In this document: positions 40,560 through 51,650 of the stretch, in pieces | How the letters are laid out: every line of letters begins with the position of its first letter | How positions within the stretch are numbered: the first letter of the stretch is position 1 | Origin: an uncultured archaeon | Lineage (GTDB): Archaea > Thermoproteota > Bathyarchaeia > Bathyarchaeales > Bathycorpusculaceae | Length of the DNA: 64,000 nt | NCBI GenBank assembly: GCA_963810275.1 | Contig: CAWENF010000003.1 | Location: forward strand, 115,855-179,854 | Reading direction: 5' to 3' | Program-made: the position numbers and the translations under genes | Notes under the pieces: generated by a model | Told to the model about the DNA's origin: nothing | What the model saw: the letters and a program-made list of their open reading frames with translations, nothing else | The model's database searches: none

Positions 40560-41639
40560 ATGCTATATGAAATAAACGAGAAAGCACTCAAACTTGAAAG
40601 TGAAGGTAAAAAAATCGTCCGATTAAATCTTGGCGATCCCGATATGGCTACTCCGCCTGAAATCGTGGAAGCCGCTTATGCTGCAATGAAAGCAGGCAAA
40701 ACCAAGTACAGCAGCAGCTATGGCGAGTTGAGGCTGCGGCAGAAAATCGCTGATATCCATGGTGTTAAGGCAGAAAACGTGGTTATTACACCGGGCTCGA
40801 AGTGGGCTATTTTTTCCACCATGTTTCTCACTCTTAAAAACGGCGGCAACATCATCATCCCAACTCCGTACTGGACCGCTTACGACTTGATTGCGAAGAG
40901 TTTTGGCGCAAAAGTAAAGTTGCTACCAACAAAGATGGAGGATGGCTGGAAAATTGACCCCGCCAAACTTGAGGAACTCATCGACAGCGAGACAAAAATG
41001 ATTCTTCTCAATAACCCAAACAACCCCACCAGCAAAGCCTTCGATGACGCAACACTTGACGCCGTCGTGGAAGTAGCGAAAAGGAAAAAAGTACCCATCC
41101 TTTCAGACGAGGTTTACGGCGCAATTGCCTTCAAAAAAGTCAAAAGCATACTTGACTACGGCGAACTTGACAACAACATCGTCAGCAACGGCTTCTCAAA
41201 AACCTTCACAATGACTGGCTGGCGTGTAGGCTACCTTGTCGCAGACAAAGCCCACATAGACAAAGTCACCAAACTCAACCAAATTACCTTCAACAACGTA
41301 CCCGTCTTCATACAGGAAGCAGCACTCAAAGGCTTAGAACTCCACGCCCAAATCGCAGCCAACATCAAAGCAAAATACAAAACCCGCGCAGACCTCGCAT
41401 CCAAGAAACTCAAAGAAGCAGGTTTCCAATTTACTGAACCAGATGCACCCTTCTACGTGTTCCCCAAAAAAACCGGCTTGGATGGTACCAAATTCACTTT
41501 GGATTTGCTCGACAGCGGCGTTGCAGTTGCTCCTGGCTCAAGCTTCGGTGACCATCCAGAGCACTTCCGCATCAGCTTAACCGCTCCAGACGACCAAATC
41601 GAGTGGGCGATGAATAAAATCTGCGAGGCGGCTCAATGA
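40560..41639 (+). CDS. PLP-dependent aminotransferase class I/II (likely aromatic)
   Basis: NNPNNPT, SDEVY and FSKTFTMTGWRVG motifs; operon context. Confidence 0.9.
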   Translation: MLYEINEKALKLESEGKKIVRLNLGDPDMATPPEIVEAAYAAMKAGKTKYSSSYGELRLRQKIADIHGVKAENVVITPGSKWAIFSTMFLTLKNGGNIIIPTPYWTAYDLIAKSFGAKVKLLPTKMEDGWKIDPAKLEELIDSETKMILLNNPNNPTSKAFDDATLDAVVEVAKRKKVPILSDEVYGAIAFKKVKSILDYGELDNNIVSNGFSKTFTMTGWRVGYLVADKAHIDKVTKLNQITFNNVPVFIQEAALKGLELHAQIAANIKAKYKTRADLASKKLKEAGFQFTEPDAPFYVFPKKTGLDGTKFTLDLLDSGVAVAPGSSFGDHPEHFRISLTAPDDQIEWAMNKICEAAQ

Positions 41640-42508
41640 GGACAGCCGTTCTTGGCGCAGGAAAAATGGGCGTTTGGTTTGCCCGTTTCTGCAAAGAGAA
41701 AGGCGACACCGTAGTTTTAGCTGACCGCAAGCCTGAAAAGCTGGCGAAGTTGAAGGACGAGTTGGGCGTCGAAGTTGCTGATTTCCCAGCCGCAGTCAAG
41801 GAGGCTGACCGAGTCCTTATCTGCGTATCCATATCCTCTTTTGAGGAAACCGTCAAGAAAATCGCTGACTCAGTCCATAAAGGACAGCCAGTTATGGATG
41901 TGTGCTCCATCAAGGAGTATCCAGTTCAAGTTATGCATGAGTACCTCAAGGATGCTTTGGTTTTGGGTACACACCCTGTGTTTGGTCCGGGCAGCAACGG
42001 CGTTGCGCATAAAGCCTACGTGCTAACTCCCACTATGCCTGAAGAAGAAACTTACGCATTACAATACCAAAAATGGCTCGAGAAAGAAGGAGCCAACGTC
42101 TTTGTCATGACCCCAGCCAAGCACGACGAGCTCATGTCCATCATTTTGGGCTTCGCGCACTTCGTGGGGTTAGCTGCCTGCGAAACCCTGCTTGAACAGC
42201 CCGGCTTCGTGGAATCCAAAAAACTCGCTGGAACGACATACCGCATGCTATTCACTCTTGCCGAAGCCGTAGCTATGGAAACCCCTGACTTGTACGCCAA
42301 TGTGCAGACCAAGCTGGCGGGTATGGATAAAATCGAGGAAAAATTCATCTCAAACGCCCAAGCTTGGGTGAACCTTATGAAACAAAAGGACTCTGCTGCC
42401 ATCATGCAACGCATGGACAAGCTCCGAGCTAAACTCGAGAAAGCCGACAAAGAATACGGTAAAAGCTACGAAGTAATGTACAAAATGTTACAGTCAACCG
42501 AGGAATAA
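41636..42508 (+). CDS. tyrA: Prephenate dehydrogenase
   Basis: GAGKMG, DVCSIK, HPVFGP and HDELMS motifs. Confidence 0.92.
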   Translation: MRTAVLGAGKMGVWFARFCKEKGDTVVLADRKPEKLAKLKDELGVEVADFPAAVKEADRVLICVSISSFEETVKKIADSVHKGQPVMDVCSIKEYPVQVMHEYLKDALVLGTHPVFGPGSNGVAHKAYVLTPTMPEEETYALQYQKWLEKEGANVFVMTPAKHDELMSIILGFAHFVGLAACETLLEQPGFVESKKLAGTTYRMLFTLAEAVAMETPDLYANVQTKLAGMDKIEEKFISNAQAWVNLMKQKDSAAIMQRMDKLRAKLEKADKEYGKSYEVMYKMLQSTEE

Positions 42509-42512
42509 GTAA

Positions 42513-43145
42513 ATGGTTAAAACCTTACTTGTAAACTGCTACCAGAACCCCAACGAAATCAACGAACTCAACAACGCCCTAAGCCAGTTTGCCGTATGCA
42601 AAATCGTGCCCTACACCAAAATCGACGCAGACTACCAGATTGGCGAAGACATCGCCGCGGTAGTCATAAGTGGCTCGTACGCTCGAATAACTAATCCAGA
42701 AGACAAATCCCAATACGACGCTATCGAAGAGCTGATCCGTGCCTGTAAGGTGCCGCTTTTGGGGATATGTTTTGGGCATCAGTTGCTTTGCAGGGCTTTT
42801 GGCGCAGAAACCGCAGCGATGCAGACGACTGTCCCTAAAAAATTCGGGCAGGTCAACATCGTACAGACAGGCGACATCTTAAGCCGCTTCCGCAGAGGAC
42901 AGGGGGTGCCGTTGGCGCAGGAACACAAAGATTACGTGATGAAGGGCAGCCTCGAAAAAGCCGGATTTAATCTAATCGCTGACTCGGCAAGCTGTGAGGT
43001 GGAGGCAGTTAAACACAAAGACCACTTGTTCTTTGGCGTGCAGTTTCACCCCGAATGCATCACCATTAACGGCGAAACCCACCCCGAAGGATACCAAATC
43101 ATAGATAATTTCTTTTGCAACAACGTAAAGCGGCTAGGCATCTAA
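42513..43145 (+). CDS. Class I glutamine amidotransferase-like protein
   Basis: PLLGICFGHQ and GVQFHPE motifs. Confidence 0.88.
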   Translation: MVKTLLVNCYQNPNEINELNNALSQFAVCKIVPYTKIDADYQIGEDIAAVVISGSYARITNPEDKSQYDAIEELIRACKVPLLGICFGHQLLCRAFGAETAAMQTTVPKKFGQVNIVQTGDILSRFRRGQGVPLAQEHKDYVMKGSLEKAGFNLIADSASCEVEAVKHKDHLFFGVQFHPECITINGETHPEGYQIIDNFFCNNVKRLGI

Positions 43146-43419
43146 CCGCTTTTCTATTTCTTTCTTTATGCGGGTGTGGCGGCTTTTATGTCACCACAAG
43201 ACTGAGTTTGATTGCGGTTGCTTTTTGGGGTCAGGTTGCATTTCAACGTCTGACGTGGTGTGGTGGCTGGTTTTCTTGCATGCCAACATAGCTATGTTGA
43301 ATCCGCCGCAGTGTGGTCTGGCGACATGTTAACCGTTCTGTAAGTTGGCACCATTTCTTTTCAGTGAATTTGGTAAATTATATAACCGTACAACCGCACC
43401 TGTCACAGGGTAACTTAAC

Positions 43420-44183
43420 TTGCCACCGAAACTACATCATTTTAACATAGTAATTGTAGGCGGTGCGGCATTCGCCATTTTAGGCGGACTTTTAAAAGAG
43501 AAACCAAGTTTACTTGTAACGACTGAAATGTTCTATTGCGAAACCGGCAAAGTGGCAACATTGGATTTTGAAATATCAAACTTTGGAGGTGACGCCAGCG
43601 GCGTAGTCATCAGGGCGTCTTCAGATGCCTTCTCTGAAGCGTCCACCGACAAGTTTGATGTTACAGCAGGCAACACAGTCACACCGTCTCCTGCCAAGTA
43701 ACAGTAAACGACCTAGAAAACAAAGACTACTCAAATCACTTTAACGTACACCGCCGACGGCAACATCTTTAATGGGTTCCAAGGCGACGTGGCAGTTAAC
43801 GCAGTATTCCACGTGGCGCCATCCTTTGAGCTAGTTGATATTCACTGGAAAAACAATGTTAACTGGTTTGAGCACATAGGCAACTTTACGCTACTGTACT
43901 TTAGCATCCAGAGCAACTCTAACTTTGCTGCTGAAGATGCTGAAGTTAAGCTGTCTTTTACGCCAGCAGTCGCTGAGTTAGTAATTAATCCGAGCAGTAC
44001 ACTGATAGCGCGCATAGACCCCAAAGCTACTTCGGGTCCAATTTCAACTGCTGTAGCAGTCCAATGTCAACTGGGCCAGCAGCTTACGGTGCGATAGTTG
44101 GAGAACATCTTATTCAAATAGAACTCTCAATAGAAGGCTACGTGGTAGATACTGCGACAGCAGCCATAGAAGTCAGAGGGTAA
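43420..44183 (+). pseudogene. Fragmented membrane-anchored beta-rich (Ig-like/surface) protein
   Basis: Consecutive ORF fragments 43420-43701 and 43789-44097 of similar composition, ending at TAA 44183. Confidence 0.5.
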
Positions 44184-44200
44184 ACAACCCCGCTTTATTT

Positions 44201-45013
44201 TTAGATAACTCTGGGATAAGAGCCGAGTATTTTTACGAAGGTAGCGTACCTCTCCAGCCCTGCCAACGCTTCAACGCACCGTTTTTCTGTGCGGTGTCCT
44301 TCGAAGTCTACGTAAAAGTTGTATTGCCACGCTGTTGTCTTAGTTGGGCGGCTTTCGATGCGAGTTAGGTTGATGTTGCGACTGGCGAATTCGCCTATGG
44401 AGTTGTAGAGGCTGCCGGGAACGTGTTTTAGGCTGAATATGATGCTGGTTTTGTCGTCGCCTGTGGGTTCGGCGTCTTCGGTGCTGAGGACGAGGAAGCG
44501 GGTGTAGTTGGATGGGTTGTCGGCGATGTCTCGGGCGATGATTTTCATGCCGTAGAGATCGGCGGCTTTTTCGGATGCGATGGCGGCTGCCTTTAGGAGT
44601 TTGCGTTCTTTGATGAGTTTGACGCTGCCTGCGGTGTCGTAGGCTGGGATGACTTCCCAGGGTTGTTTTTGGAGGTAGTTGCGACACTGGCCAAGTGCCT
44701 GGGGATGGGAGTAAACGGTTCGGATGTCGACAATGTCAGCTTCGGGGTTGGCGATTAAGACGTGGGCGAGTTTGATGGCGACTTCCCCGCACACTTTGAG
44801 GTCGTAGCTGAGGAAGAGGTCGTAATTCTGGGTCACGCTGCCCTCAAGGCTGTTCTCAATCGGAACTACGCCATGCGGTGCAGCACCAGTTTTGACAGAT
44901 TCAAAGACGTGGCGAAAGTCTTCACAGGGAACCGCCTCCACTTTGCTGCCGAAAAACTTGAACACAGCCATCTCGCTGTAAGCGCCGCGCTCGCCTTGAT
45001 AGGTTACCTTCAT
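44201..45013 (-). CDS. pheA: Prephenate dehydratase
   Basis: PIENSLEG, SHPQALGQC, NYTRF and LTRIESRP motifs. Confidence 0.95.
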   Translation of the reverse strand: MKVTYQGERGAYSEMAVFKFFGSKVEAVPCEDFRHVFESVKTGAAPHGVVPIENSLEGSVTQNYDLFLSYDLKVCGEVAIKLAHVLIANPEADIVDIRTVYSHPQALGQCRNYLQKQPWEVIPAYDTAGSVKLIKERKLLKAAAIASEKAADLYGMKIIARDIADNPSNYTRFLVLSTEDAEPTGDDKTSIIFSLKHVPGSLYNSIGEFASRNINLTRIESRPTKTTAWQYNFYVDFEGHRTEKRCVEALAGLERYATFVKILGSYPRVI

Positions 45014-46533
45014 TGCTTCTTGCCTTGACGATTCTTAAGCATGCACTTGTTTATACCGTTTATCATTGCTTCCACGGATGCCATGACGATATCTTCTCTT
45101 GCGGCTCTTGCAGAGACCATGTTACCTTGTTCATCTTCAACTTTTATGACGACTTCAGCAACTGCGTTGCTGCCACCCGTAATTGCTTCTAACCTGTATT
45201 CGGATAGGCGAATTTTCTCTTGGCCGCTTGTAAGCTTCTGAATGGCTTTTAGCACTGCATCGACTGGACCGACGCCCGTTTCTGCGGCGACATACTCTTT
45301 GCCATCCAAGGTTAGGCGTACTGAGGCCGTTGGGATTACTTTTATTCCGGTAACGACTGCCATGTCGCATAGGTCAACAATTTTCTCTTCGCCAATCACC
45401 GAACCCATCACTGCTGATGTCAAAGCGATTAAGTCTGCGTCGGTTACCATTTTGCCTTTGTCGCCCAAATCTTTAACGCGTTTGACGATTTCGGCTAGCT
45501 GCACCTCGTTAGGGTGAATGTCAATATCTGCTAGCTCTGCTTGGATACCTCTGGTGCCCGCCAGCTTGCCAGCGACCAGCTTGCGGGTTCTGCCGACCAA
45601 TTCAGGGCTTATTGGCTCAAATGTCAGGGGCTGCTCGGTGACGCCACGAGTGTGGATGCCGCTTTCGTGTGAAAACGCGTTTTCGCCCACGATAGCCTTG
45701 TTCACCTGCACAGGCACACCACTTAAGGATGCGACCATGCGGCTGGTGCTGTACAGCAGCTTAGTGTTAACGTTTGTTTTGTACTTGTAGACCACATGCA
45801 GTGTGGTGACGACTTCTTCTAATGCTGCGTTGCCTGCTCTTTCGCCTAAGCCGTTTATGGCTGTGTGCACCTGCTGTGCGCCTGCTTCGACGGCGGCAAG
45901 GCTGTTGGCGACTGCTAAGCCAAAGTCATCGTGGCAGTGGATGCTAATTGGAACTTTAATGTCCTTTTTCAGGTCTGTGATTAATTCGGCGATGGTTCTG
46001 GGTATCATGCATCCGACGGTATCTGGCACGTTTAGGCTGTCCATGCCTGCGTCTTGGGTAGCTTTGCAGATTTGTTTTAGGAAGGGCAGTTCAGTGCGGG
46101 TTGCATCCATAGGAGAAAACTCGCATTTCACGCCATGTGCCTTAACGTATTCTACTGATTCGACTGCGGAAGCTAAGACCTGCTCAGGGATCATGTTGAC
46201 AGCGTACTTCATCTGCACAGGTGAGGTTGGAATGAAAACGTGCACTAAGTCAACATCGCAGTCCAACGCTGCGTCGATGTCTTTTTTGGTACATCTTGAT
46301 AATCCACAGATTTTGCTGGTTAAGCCGAGTTTTGTGATGTCTTTGACAACACGGCGCTCCCCTTCAGAACTGCTGGGAAAGCCTGCTTCTATGGTGTCCA
46401 CTCCTAGTTTGCTTAGTTGTTGAGCAATTTCGATTTTGTCGTCGGTGGTTAAAGAAACGCCGGGGGTTTGTTCCCCGTCACGCAAAGTTGTATCCAAAAT
46501 ATGGATGGTTCGGTTTTCAGACATTTTTGACAC
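45010..46533 (-). CDS. leuA: 2-isopropylmalate synthase
   Basis: [14 protein letters not shown] and GERAGN motifs; in operon with leuBDC. Confidence 0.85.
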   Translation of the reverse strand: MSKMSENRTIHILDTTLRDGEQTPGVSLTTDDKIEIAQQLSKLGVDTIEAGFPSSSEGERRVVKDITKLGLTSKICGLSRCTKKDIDAALDCDVDLVHVFIPTSPVQMKYAVNMIPEQVLASAVESVEYVKAHGVKCEFSPMDATRTELPFLKQICKATQDAGMDSLNVPDTVGCMIPRTIAELITDLKKDIKVPISIHCHDDFGLAVANSLAAVEAGAQQVHTAINGLGERAGNAALEEVVTTLHVVYKYKTNVNTKLLYSTSRMVASLSGVPVQVNKAIVGENAFSHESGIHTRGVTEQPLTFEPISPELVGRTRKLVAGKLAGTRGIQAELADIDIHPNEVQLAEIVKRVKDLGDKGKMVTDADLIALTSAVMGSVIGEEKIVDLCDMAVVTGIKVIPTASVRLTLDGKEYVAAETGVGPVDAVLKAIQKLTSGQEKIRLSEYRLEAITGGSNAVAEVVIKVEDEQGNMVSARAAREDIVMASVEAMINGINKCMLKNRQGKKQ

Positions 46534-46537
46534 GACG

Positions 46538-47569
46538 TTACTGTGAAGGCATAGCTTCAGCTATAGCTTCAGCCATTCCTACGGTCGTGGCTTTCCCGCC
46601 TAAATCTGCTACGCCTAAACGGTTTTCCAGCACGTAGACAACGCCTTTCTCTATAGCGGCTGCTGCCTGTATGCATTTTTGGTCATTGTACTTTTCGCCC
46701 AGCCACTCCAGCATCAACTTGCCTGAGAGCACCATGGAGAGTGGGTTGGCGGTGTGTTTGCCTGCCCGGTTTGGTGCGGAGCCATGGATGGGTTCGAATA
46801 AGCCAAAGTTGTCTCCGACGTTTGCGCCCGGAGCCATACCTAAACCGCCGACCAGCTGTGCTGCCTCATCAGATAGGATGTCGCCAAACATGTTGCAGGT
46901 ACAGAACACGTCAAACGATTCTGGTTCTTTGATTAGGCGCATTGAGGCTGCGTCAACGTATAGTTCGTTGAATGCGATGTCTGGGTACTCTGTTGCTACT
47001 TGGCGGCATACGTCGCGGAATAAACCGTCGGTTACGCGCATAACGTTTGCTTTGTGGATGGCGGTGACCTTCTTTTTGCCGTTTCTTAGACGGGCCATTT
47101 GGAATGCCTTGTGAGCTATGCGTAAACTGTTCTGACGCGTAATAACACGCATACAAACCGTAGTGTCTTGTCCGATGGCGAACTCTATGCCTTTGTAAAC
47201 GTCTTCAGTGTTCTCGCGCACGAACATCATGTCGATGTTGGGACGGGCTACGTCAACTCCCGGGTAGGTCTTGATAGGGCGCAGATTAGCGTATAGATCA
47301 AAGATGTAGCGTAACTTCACGATAACATCAGCTGCGGATTCACCGACTGGACCTTTCATGCAAGCGTGGCTGTTCTTGATAATCTCGACTGTTGAGGCGG
47401 GAAGTGCGGCGCCCACGGTTTCAAGTGCGATGTCGCCTGCTGGGCATTCTATGATTTTGAACTGCAAATCGAATTTTTTTTCGGCTGCCTGCAGCACTTT
47501 AACTGTGGCTTCGGACAACTCGGGACCGATGCCGTCGCCTGGAATTAGGGATATTTTGTATTCAGTCAT
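46538..47569 (-). CDS. leuB: 3-isopropylmalate dehydrogenase family
   Basis: GDGIGPE, RENTED, NMFGDILSD and EPIHGSAP motifs. Confidence 0.9.
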   Translation of the reverse strand: MTEYKISLIPGDGIGPELSEATVKVLQAAEKKFDLQFKIIECPAGDIALETVGAALPASTVEIIKNSHACMKGPVGESAADVIVKLRYIFDLYANLRPIKTYPGVDVARPNIDMMFVRENTEDVYKGIEFAIGQDTTVCMRVITRQNSLRIAHKAFQMARLRNGKKKVTAIHKANVMRVTDGLFRDVCRQVATEYPDIAFNELYVDAASMRLIKEPESFDVFCTCNMFGDILSDEAAQLVGGLGMAPGANVGDNFGLFEPIHGSAPNRAGKHTANPLSMVLSGKLMLEWLGEKYNDQKCIQAAAAIEKGVVYVLENRLGVADLGGKATTVGMAEAIAEAMPSQ

Positions 47570-48069
47570 TTATTGTTCATTCTCCTGCGTAAATTCTCGA
47601 TCAATCCGCCGTCCGCCAAAATTTCCATAATGAAAGTCGGCAGTTTTTCAACTTGGAACTTTTTGCCGTTTGACAGGTTCTCTATCTTTCCAGCTTCAAA
47701 GTCCACGGCTACATTATCGCCGTTCTTAACCGCAGTTGATATGCCTTTGCATTCAATTACAGGTAAACCAATGTTGATAGCGTTACGGAAAAAGATGCGT
47801 GCAAACGACTCTGCGATGACGCATTTCACTCCGCTATACTTCAATGCCAAGGGTGCCTGTTCACGGCTGGAGCCGCAACCAAAGTTTTTACCTCCAATTA
47901 GGACGATACCGGGTTTTGCTTTGTTCACGAAGTCCTGATCTAAGCTTTCTAGCGCGTGTTTAGCTAAGTCGTAAGGGTCAACCAAGATTAGGTATTTGCC
48001 GGGTAAGATGACGTCGGTGTCGATGTTGTTACCAAACACTATTGTATTAGCTTTTATTTTGCTGTCCAT
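47566..48069 (-). CDS. leuD: 3-isopropylmalate dehydratase small subunit
   Basis: DTDVILPG and NFGCGSSREQA motifs. Confidence 0.93.
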   Translation of the reverse strand: MDSKIKANTIVFGNNIDTDVILPGKYLILVDPYDLAKHALESLDQDFVNKAKPGIVLIGGKNFGCGSSREQAPLALKYSGVKCVIAESFARIFFRNAINIGLPVIECKGISTAVKNGDNVAVDFEAGKIENLSNGKKFQVEKLPTFIMEILADGGLIENLRRRMNNK

Positions 48070-49331
48070 TATGCTTTAACCTCCAGTGGGCTCATGATTT
48101 TGCCAGCTATGGCTGATGCTGCAACGACGGCTGGTGAAGCCAAGTATACGTTGGCTTGGGGGCTGCCCATTCTGCCGATAAAGTTACGGTTCGAACTGGA
48201 TACACATGTTTCGCCCGCTGCCAGCAACCCAATGTGGCCGCCTAAGCAGGGTCCACAAGCGCTGCCGCAAACAATAGCGCCAGAGTCAGCAAAGATTTTT
48301 AGCAATCCTTCTTTGTCAGCTTGCTTCCAAATCTCTTGTGAGGCCGGGATGATTAGGGCTCGGACGCCGTCTTTAACTTTTTTGCCTTTCATGACTTTGG
48401 CGGCTATTTGCAGGTCTTCTAGTCTGCCGTTGGTGCAGCTTCCGACAAATGCTTGGTCGATTGGCACGTTACCTACTTCAGAGATGGGCTTCACGTTGTC
48501 AACTGAACTGGGACACGCAACTTGCGGTTCCATCTTAGACACATCGAATTCCACTGTGCGTTCGTATTCGGCGTCTTTGTCGCTCTGCAGCTTCTTTAGG
48601 TCAGGCAGCTTTTTGACCCTGCCCTCCAGGAATTCTGCGGTGACATCGTCGGGGGCGATTATGCCGTTTTTGGCACCCATCTCCACGGCCATATTGCAAA
48701 CAGTCATTCTGCCTGCTATAGACATGTCTCTAATGGTTGAGCCAGTGAATTCGGCTGCGCGGTAAATGGCGCCGTCCACACCCAAGGTACCGATGACGTT
48801 TAAGATTAGGTCTTTTGGAGTGACGTATTTTTTGAATTTCCCTTTAACGTGAACTTTAATACTTGATGGTACTTTGAACCAGATTTTGCCTGTAGCCATA
48901 ACTGCGGCTGCTTCCGTGCTGCCTATCCCTGTAGCAAATGCTCCGAAAGCGCCGTAGGTACATGTGTGGCTGTCTGCGCCGACAATGACATTGCCTGGGA
49001 GCACGTGTCCGTTTTCTGGCATAACTTGGTGGCAGATGCCGCCGCGGCCCACCTCGTAGAATACGAGTTTCTGGGTTTTGGAGAAGTTACGCATTGTTTT
49101 GTGCAGTTCAGCTGCTTTCACGGATTCAGCGGGAACCTGATGATCTAGTACGACCACTACTTTTTTGTTGTCCCATACTTTTTGGGTGCCTATTTTTTTG
49201 AAGGCTTCTACCGCTAAAGGACCGGTTAAATCGTGTACCATGACTACGTCAACTTTTGCGTCGATGATTTCGTCGGGATGCACACTTTTTTTACCTGAAG
49301 CTTTAGCCAAGATTTTTTCGGTAATATTCAT
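48069..49331 (-). CDS. leuC: 3-isopropylmalate dehydratase large subunit
   Basis: DSHTCT, GSCTNGR, CGPCLG and NRNF motifs. Confidence 0.94.
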   Translation of the reverse strand: MNITEKILAKASGKKSVHPDEIIDAKVDVVMVHDLTGPLAVEAFKKIGTQKVWDNKKVVVVLDHQVPAESVKAAELHKTMRNFSKTQKLVFYEVGRGGICHQVMPENGHVLPGNVIVGADSHTCTYGAFGAFATGIGSTEAAAVMATGKIWFKVPSSIKVHVKGKFKKYVTPKDLILNVIGTLGVDGAIYRAAEFTGSTIRDMSIAGRMTVCNMAVEMGAKNGIIAPDDVTAEFLEGRVKKLPDLKKLQSDKDAEYERTVEFDVSKMEPQVACPSSVDNVKPISEVGNVPIDQAFVGSCTNGRLEDLQIAAKVMKGKKVKDGVRALIIPASQEIWKQADKEGLLKIFADSGAIVCGSACGPCLGGHIGLLAAGETCVSSSNRNFIGRMGSPQANVYLASPAVVAASAIAGKIMSPLEVKA

Positions 49332-49426
49332 TGCAGTTTCTTTCCTTTTATCAAACTAAGTATACATAGGACATTTTCAAATCAAAGGGAAGCGACGTTT
49401 AAGTATTTCCGAGGATGAACCGCTGT

Positions 49427-49942
49427 TTATTCGTCGATTCTTATCGATTTTGCGCCTCTTGCTAAAGCTGTTATACCTGTGCGAGCTAATTCTAAGATTC
49501 CAAAGGCTTTCATCAGGTTTAAGAAAGCATCGATTTTGTCGGGAGTACCAGTGATTTCGACGGTGACGCTGTCAAAAGATACGTCGATTATTCGTCCTCG
49601 GAAGACCTCTACGAAGTTTATGGTGTCGCTGCGTTCTTTGGAGTCGCTAACTTTGACTTTAATTAAGGCGAGTTCGCGCATGACATAGTTGCCCTGCTCC
49701 AGCTCCTCAACTTTTAGTACATCAATTTGTTTAGCTACCTGCTTGACGACTTGATCAATCACTGTTTTTTCGTCTTCGTTTAGGGTGATTGTCATGCGGG
49801 CGATGTCTGCTAGTTCAGTAGGACCAACTGTTATACTTTCGATGTTAAAGTTACGGCGCCTGAACAGGTTGGAAATCATGTGTAGGACACCGGGTTTGTT
49901 TTCAACCAGGACTGATATGATTTTGGCTCTTTCAGATTCCAT
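49427..49942 (-). CDS. ilvN: Acetolactate synthase small subunit
   Basis: ENKPGVL..LFRRRNFNIES and ELARTG motifs; ATG at 49942. Confidence 0.95.
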   Translation of the reverse strand: MESERAKIISVLVENKPGVLHMISNLFRRRNFNIESITVGPTELADIARMTITLNEDEKTVIDQVVKQVAKQIDVLKVEELEQGNYVMRELALIKVKVSDSKERSDTINFVEVFRGRIIDVSFDSVTVEITGTPDKIDAFLNLMKAFGILELARTGITALARGAKSIRIDE

Positions 49943-49943
49943 C

Positions 49944-51650
49944 TTAGTAGTCTCCTGTCTGCTGTGGTAAACCGCATCCCGGTGGCACAAACGGAACCAC
50001 ATCCGTCTCAGAGCCGATTGGGACGTCGATTACTGTTGTAACGTTACTTGACAAAGCCTGCTTAACTGCTTTTTGGAATTCTTCGATGCTGCCGACTCTG
50101 ACGCCCTGTGCGCCGTAAGCCTCCGCCAACTTTACCATATCAGGTGACTTGCCCAATTTGACTGCGTTGTATCGGCGCTCATACAGAGTCCGCTGCCATT
50201 GCGCCACCATACCTAACACCCCGTTGTTCAGCACTATGGCAATGACGGGGATGTCCTCGGTAACGCTGCAAGCTAGCTCCTGCTCGCTCATGATGAAACT
50301 GCCGTCGCCTGCGATGTCCACAACTGTGCGGTCGGGGCATGCGACTTTGGCGCCGATAGCTGCGGGAAAACCGAAGCCCATGGTTCCAAGTCCGCCTGAA
50401 CTGATGAAGGTGCGGGGCTTGATGGCTTGGTAGTACAGCGCCGACCACATTTGGTTTTGACCGACTTCGGTGGTGACTATACCGTTCTCGGGCATCAACT
50501 CACGTAGCGCCATAAGCAAGTGCTTAGGTACAACGTCTCTTGGGCGGTCTTTTAGCAGTGGGCTTAGCTGTTCTTTGGCTTCTTTTACACGTTTAGTCCA
50601 CGCTTTGCCCTCGCCTTTCTGCAGCTTCTCTTTGGTAGCTGAGAGCAGCGCGGATAGGGCTTTCTTTGCGTCCGCCACAATGGGGACGTCGACTTCGATA
50701 TTCTTATTGATTTCTGCATTGTCGATTTCAATGTGGATTTTCTTGGCTTCAGGCGCAAAACTGTCCAGGTTAGCGGTTGCGCGGTCGCCAAAGCGCGTAC
50801 CTACAGCCAGAAGCACGTCTGCTTCTCCGATTAGGCGGTTTGCTGCGGGGTTGCCGTGCATGCCTATGCTGCCCAGCGACAACGGGTGGGTTTCGGGAAA
50901 TGCACCTTTGCCCATGAAAGTGGTTGCGACAGGCGCCATCAGCAAATCAGACATCTCGACTAACTCGTCGCTTGCACCTGATGAGATGACTCCGCCGCCT
51001 GCCAAGAGGATGGGTCTCTCAGCTTTGGCTAATAAATCGGAGGCTTGACTGATTTTTTGAGGTTTAGGCTCAGTTATCAGCTTGTAGCCGCGTAAGCTGA
51101 TTTTGTTAGTGAACTCCACATCAGCGATGTCTGACTGAATGTTTTTGGGCAAATCAATTAGGACTGGGCCTTGCCTGCCTGTGGACGCCAAGTAGAAGGC
51201 GTTGTTGACCATAGCAGGGATTTCACTTATGGTTCGTGGTTGGTAGCTGTATTTGGTTACTGCAGTGGCTATGCCGATTATATCTGCTTCTTGGAAGGCG
51301 TCTTTGCCAATCATATAGGTGGTGTTTACTCCTGTAGAGGGAACTTGCCCGGTTAATGCAACTATGGGGGAGGAGTCCATGTAGGCGTTTGCGATGCCAG
51401 TTACTAGGTTAGTGGCTCCGGGTCCACTCGTTGCCATGCAGACACCGACGCGACCGCTGGCTTTGGCATATCCTTCTGCCTCATGTGCTGCGCACTGTTC
51501 ATGGCGTGCTAGGATGTGGCGGATTTTTTTGTGGCTACATAGTTCATCGTATACGGGGAGGATAGCGCCGCCTAAAATGCCAAAGATTGTGTCAACTTTT
51601 TGTCTTTCAAGGGATTCTAGTAGTGCTTGTGCACCAGTCATTTTAGTCAT
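49944..51650 (-). CDS. ilvB: Acetolactate synthase large subunit
   Basis: RHEQ, TSGPGATN and GDGS..N TPP motifs. Confidence 0.96.
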   Translation of the reverse strand: MTKMTGAQALLESLERQKVDTIFGILGGAILPVYDELCSHKKIRHILARHEQCAAHEAEGYAKASGRVGVCMATSGPGATNLVTGIANAYMDSSPIVALTGQVPSTGVNTTYMIGKDAFQEADIIGIATAVTKYSYQPRTISEIPAMVNNAFYLASTGRQGPVLIDLPKNIQSDIADVEFTNKISLRGYKLITEPKPQKISQASDLLAKAERPILLAGGGVISSGASDELVEMSDLLMAPVATTFMGKGAFPETHPLSLGSIGMHGNPAANRLIGEADVLLAVGTRFGDRATANLDSFAPEAKKIHIEIDNAEINKNIEVDVPIVADAKKALSALLSATKEKLQKGEGKAWTKRVKEAKEQLSPLLKDRPRDVVPKHLLMALRELMPENGIVTTEVGQNQMWSALYYQAIKPRTFISSGGLGTMGFGFPAAIGAKVACPDRTVVDIAGDGSFIMSEQELACSVTEDIPVIAIVLNNGVLGMVAQWQRTLYERRYNAVKLGKSPDMVKLAEAYGAQGVRVGSIEEFQKAVKQALSSNVTTVIDVPIGSETDVVPFVPPGCGLPQQTGDY

